Assembly (NCBI RefSeq): GCF_963921235.1
Contig: NC_086097.1
Coordinates: forward strand, 141,298,001-141,362,000
DNA length: 64,000 bases
Reading direction: 5' to 3'
Origin: Mobula hypostoma
Taxonomy: Eukaryota
Shown here piece after piece: positions 61,146 to 64,000 of the stretch. The position numbers were made by a program, and so were the translations under genes. The notes under the pieces are model-generated. The model saw nothing but the letters and a program-made list of their open reading frames with translations, did no database searches and was not told the DNA's origin. The number at the start of each line of letters is the position of its first letter. Positions within the stretch are counted from its first letter, which is position 1.

Positions 61146-62578
61146 ACATGAGGAAATCTGCAGATGCTGGAATTTCAAGCAACACACATAAAAAATGCTG
61201 GTGAACGCAGCAGGCCAGGCAGCATCTCTAGGAAGAGGTACAGTCGACGTTTCGGGCTGAGACCCTTCGTGAGGACTAAGTGAAAGAAGAGATAGTAAGA
61301 GATTTGAAAGTGGGAGGGGGAGGGGGAGATCCAAAATGATAGGAGAAGACAGGAGGGGGAGGGATGGAGCCAAGAGCTGGAAAGCTGATTGGCAAAAGGG
61401 ATATGAGAGGATCATGGGACGGGAGCCCTAGGGAGAAAGAAAGTGGGAGGGGATAAGCCCAGAGGATGGGCAAGGAGTATAGTGAGAGGGACAGAGAGAG
61501 AAAAAGGAGAGAGAGAAAAAAAAATAATAAATAGATAAGTAACGGATGGGGTACGAAGGGAAGGTGGGGCATCAACGGAAGTTAGAGCAGTCAATGTTCA
61601 TGCCATCAGGTTGGAGGCTACGCAGGCGGAATATGAGGTGTTGTTCTTCCAACCTGAGCGTGGATTCATCTTGACAGTAGAGGAGGCCCTGGATAGACAT
61701 ATCAGAATGGGAATGGGACGTCTAGCGGAATTAGTCCTTACTCTTAATAATTTCTCCTTTGGCTCCTACCACTTCCTCCAAACTAAAGGTGTAGCCATGG
61801 GCACCCGTATGGGTCCCAGCTATGCCAGCCTTTTTGTTGGCTTTGTGGAATAATCCATGTTCCAAGCCTATACTGGTATCTGTCCCCCACTTTTCCTTCG
61901 CTACATCGACGACTGCATTGGCGCTGCTTCCTGCACGTATGCTGAGGTCGTTGACTTCATTAACTTTGCCTGCAACTTTCACCCTGCCCTCAAGTTTACC
62001 TGGTCCATTTCTGACACCTCCCTCCCCTTTCTTGATCTTTCTGTCTCTATCTCTGGAGACAGCTTATCTACTGTTGTCTACTATAAGCCTACGGACTCTC
62101 ACAGCTACCTGGACTATTCCTCTTCTCACCCTGTCTCTTGCAAAAATGCCATCCCCTTCTCGCAATTCCTCCGACTCCACCGCATCAGCTCTCAGAATGA
62201 GGCTTTTCATTCCACGTCCTCCTTTTTTAAAGAAAGGGGCTTCCCTTCCTCCACCATCAAGTCTGTTCTCAAACGCATCTCTCCCATTTCACTCATATCT
62301 GCTCTCACCCCATCCTCCCGCCACCCCACTAGGAATAGGGTTTCCCTTGTCCTCACCTACCACCCCACCAGCCTCTGGGTCCAACATATAGTTCTCTGTA
62401 ACTTCCGCCACCTCCAATGGGATCCCACCACTAAGCACATCTTTCCCTCCCCCCCCACACTGCTTGCTGCAGGGATCACTCCCTACGCGACACCCTTGTC
62501 CATTCGTCCCCACCCCCATCCCTTCCCACTGATCTGCCTCCCAGCACTTATCTTTGTAAGCAGAACAAGTGCTACACA
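61146..62578. mobile_element. Second Penelope-like element: inverted 3' end (61146-61718) joined to a plus-strand RT region
   Basis: GVAMGTRMGPSYASLFVG and FLRYIDD motifs; in-frame TAA; cut at 62579 by an LTR; hammerhead at 61241-61278 has core CUCACGA. Confidence 0.88.
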
Positions 62579-63838
62579 TGTCATGGTCCGGTCCGTGAAG
62601 ACCACATTCCAGTTCATGGTCCGCTCCATCGACATTTGCTCCCGGTTTTCCTGTCTACCCTGTTTCTGTTCCTGTTGAGCACTAATTGAGGCACCTGATT
62701 CTCGTTGGAGCTGGCTGCATAAATACCTCCAGAGAGCAGGGCGTGGCTGCTGGATTGTTCTTGTCCTTACTCCTTGTATCCATTCCCGTGCCTTCTGTTT
62801 CCTCGCCTGAAGCCCTGCCTTGTCTTGCCGGTAACTCTCGCCTAGCCTCGCCTGTAGTCTTCTCTTGAAGCCACCCTGTACCTAGCTCCCTTCCTGTCCC
62901 TCGCCTCCGCCGGGTAAGTCAGGCCATCTTGCCGTTACCCGACGGTTGGTTCTGTCCCTTCCTGTCCCCTGCCTCCGTCGGGTGGAGATCCACGCCCTGC
63001 CCAGGAGTACCGCCCCTGCCCAGGAGTTCCGCACCCTGCCCAGGAATACCGCGCCCTGCACGGGAGTTCTGTGCCCTGCCCAGGAGTTTCGCGCCCTGCC
63101 CAGGAGGAGCTTCAACACCACAAGCTTCAAGCCGCGCCCCAAGTAGAGCTTCAAGACCCCAAGCCCCGAGCCTCGCCCCAAGCCAAGCTTCAAGACTCCA
63201 AGCCTCAATCCTCGCCTCAAGTCTCTAGTCTCAAGCCTCACTTCAAGTCTCTAGCCAAGCCTCGCCTCAAGTCTCTAGCCAACCCTCACCTCAAGTCTCT
63301 AGCCAACCCTCACCTCAAGTCTCTAGCCAAGCCTTGCATCAGGTCTCTAGCCAAGCCTCGCCTCTGGTCTCTAGCCAAGCCTCGCCTCTAGTCTCTAGCC
63401 AATCCTCGCCTCAGGTCTCTAGTCTCAAGCCTTGCCTCAGGTCTCTCAACTCAAGCCTCGCCTCAGGTCTCTAGTCTCAATCCTCGCCTCAGGTCTCTAG
63501 TCTCAAGCCTCGCCTCAGCCCTCGAGTCTCAAGCCTCATCTCAGTTCTCTAGTCTCAAGCCTCGCCTCAGGTCTCTAGTCTCGTCCTGTCTGCCAGCCAA
63601 GTCACTTCCTTGCCTCGTTCTGGGGTCCGAGCCAGAGGTAAGACCCAGGTGCTGGGTCCTTGTCCAGTCTCTGGCTCAGAGTCAAAGCCTGGGTTCCTAT
63701 CTCTCATGTCTAGTCCTGTTCCAGATTCCCGTTTTTTGTGTCCATGTGCTAGCCCTCACCCTCTATCCTAGTCCTGTCCCTAGTACTTCAGTGTCTGTGT
63801 CTGCACTTGGGTCCCTCCCCAGCGCCCATCCTATGACA
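62579..63838 (+). mobile_element. LTR (1260 bp) of the TGTCAT...ATGACA family
   Basis: TG...CA termini with a 6-bp inverted repeat; reverse complement of the solo LTR ends; followed by GAACAATCCAGCCAACT-ATGGACCCAGCG (MDPA, gag-like start). Confidence 0.85.
62990..63590 (+). repeat. Minisatellite arrays inside the LTR
   Basis: Several CGCCCTGCCCAGGAG units, then roughly 14 imperfect 24-nt units of type AAGTCTCTAGCCAAGCCTCGCCTC. Confidence 0.9.
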
Positions 63839-64000
63839 GAACAATCCAGCCAACTATGGACCCAGCGACACAGACACCGTCGTTTTCCTCTTGCCACCCG
63901 GGGTTCCCTGCTGTTAAATACCCTCGCACCCGCCCGTGTCATCCATAGTCTGGATAGCCTGTTTGGTCGCCAGGAGGCTCCCATAGAGGCGGGGTGGGGT

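Noticed and set aside
62882-63391. ORFs with repeated LKLxLGR or KSLAKPRL peptides
   Set aside because: Translation of LTR minisatellites; no evidence of a gene.
63200-63590. Regular 24-nt repeats as a CRISPR-like array
   Set aside because: Head-to-tail repeats with no unique spacers, inside a vertebrate LTR.

Overview
Vertebrate genomic DNA, most likely a cartilaginous fish (ray-like repeat families; inference). The window holds five intact, same-orientation T-cell receptor gamma-type V segments (V1 10191, V2 21491, V3 33520, V4 44820, V5 56849). Each has a 40-nt leader exon, an 84-nt intron, a 300-nt V exon and a 23-bp-spacer RSS. No D, J or C segment was recognised. The V genes sit in 11-12 kb cassettes built from CR1, Rex1/Babar, Gypsy, Penelope, hAT and SINE relics. 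A near-identical 23.3-kb tandem duplication (10702-34107 vs 34031-57436) made V4 a copy of V2 and V3 a chimera (V5 gene plus V1 3' flank), with the crossover confined to 77 bp behind the RSS. The most unusual element is a 556-bp non-coding retroelement (28627-29182, copy 51956-52511). Its 11-bp TSD abuts exactly the predicted cleavage nucleotide of an HDV-like ribozyme fold, which carries an atypical helix in L3. Also notable are a 2.86-kb palindromic Penelope insertion with a 15-bp TSD and terminal minimal hammerheads (one intact, one G8A), and a probable miniature LTR retrotransposon at the right edge. All alignments and folds were done by eye; boundaries of old repeats are approximate.
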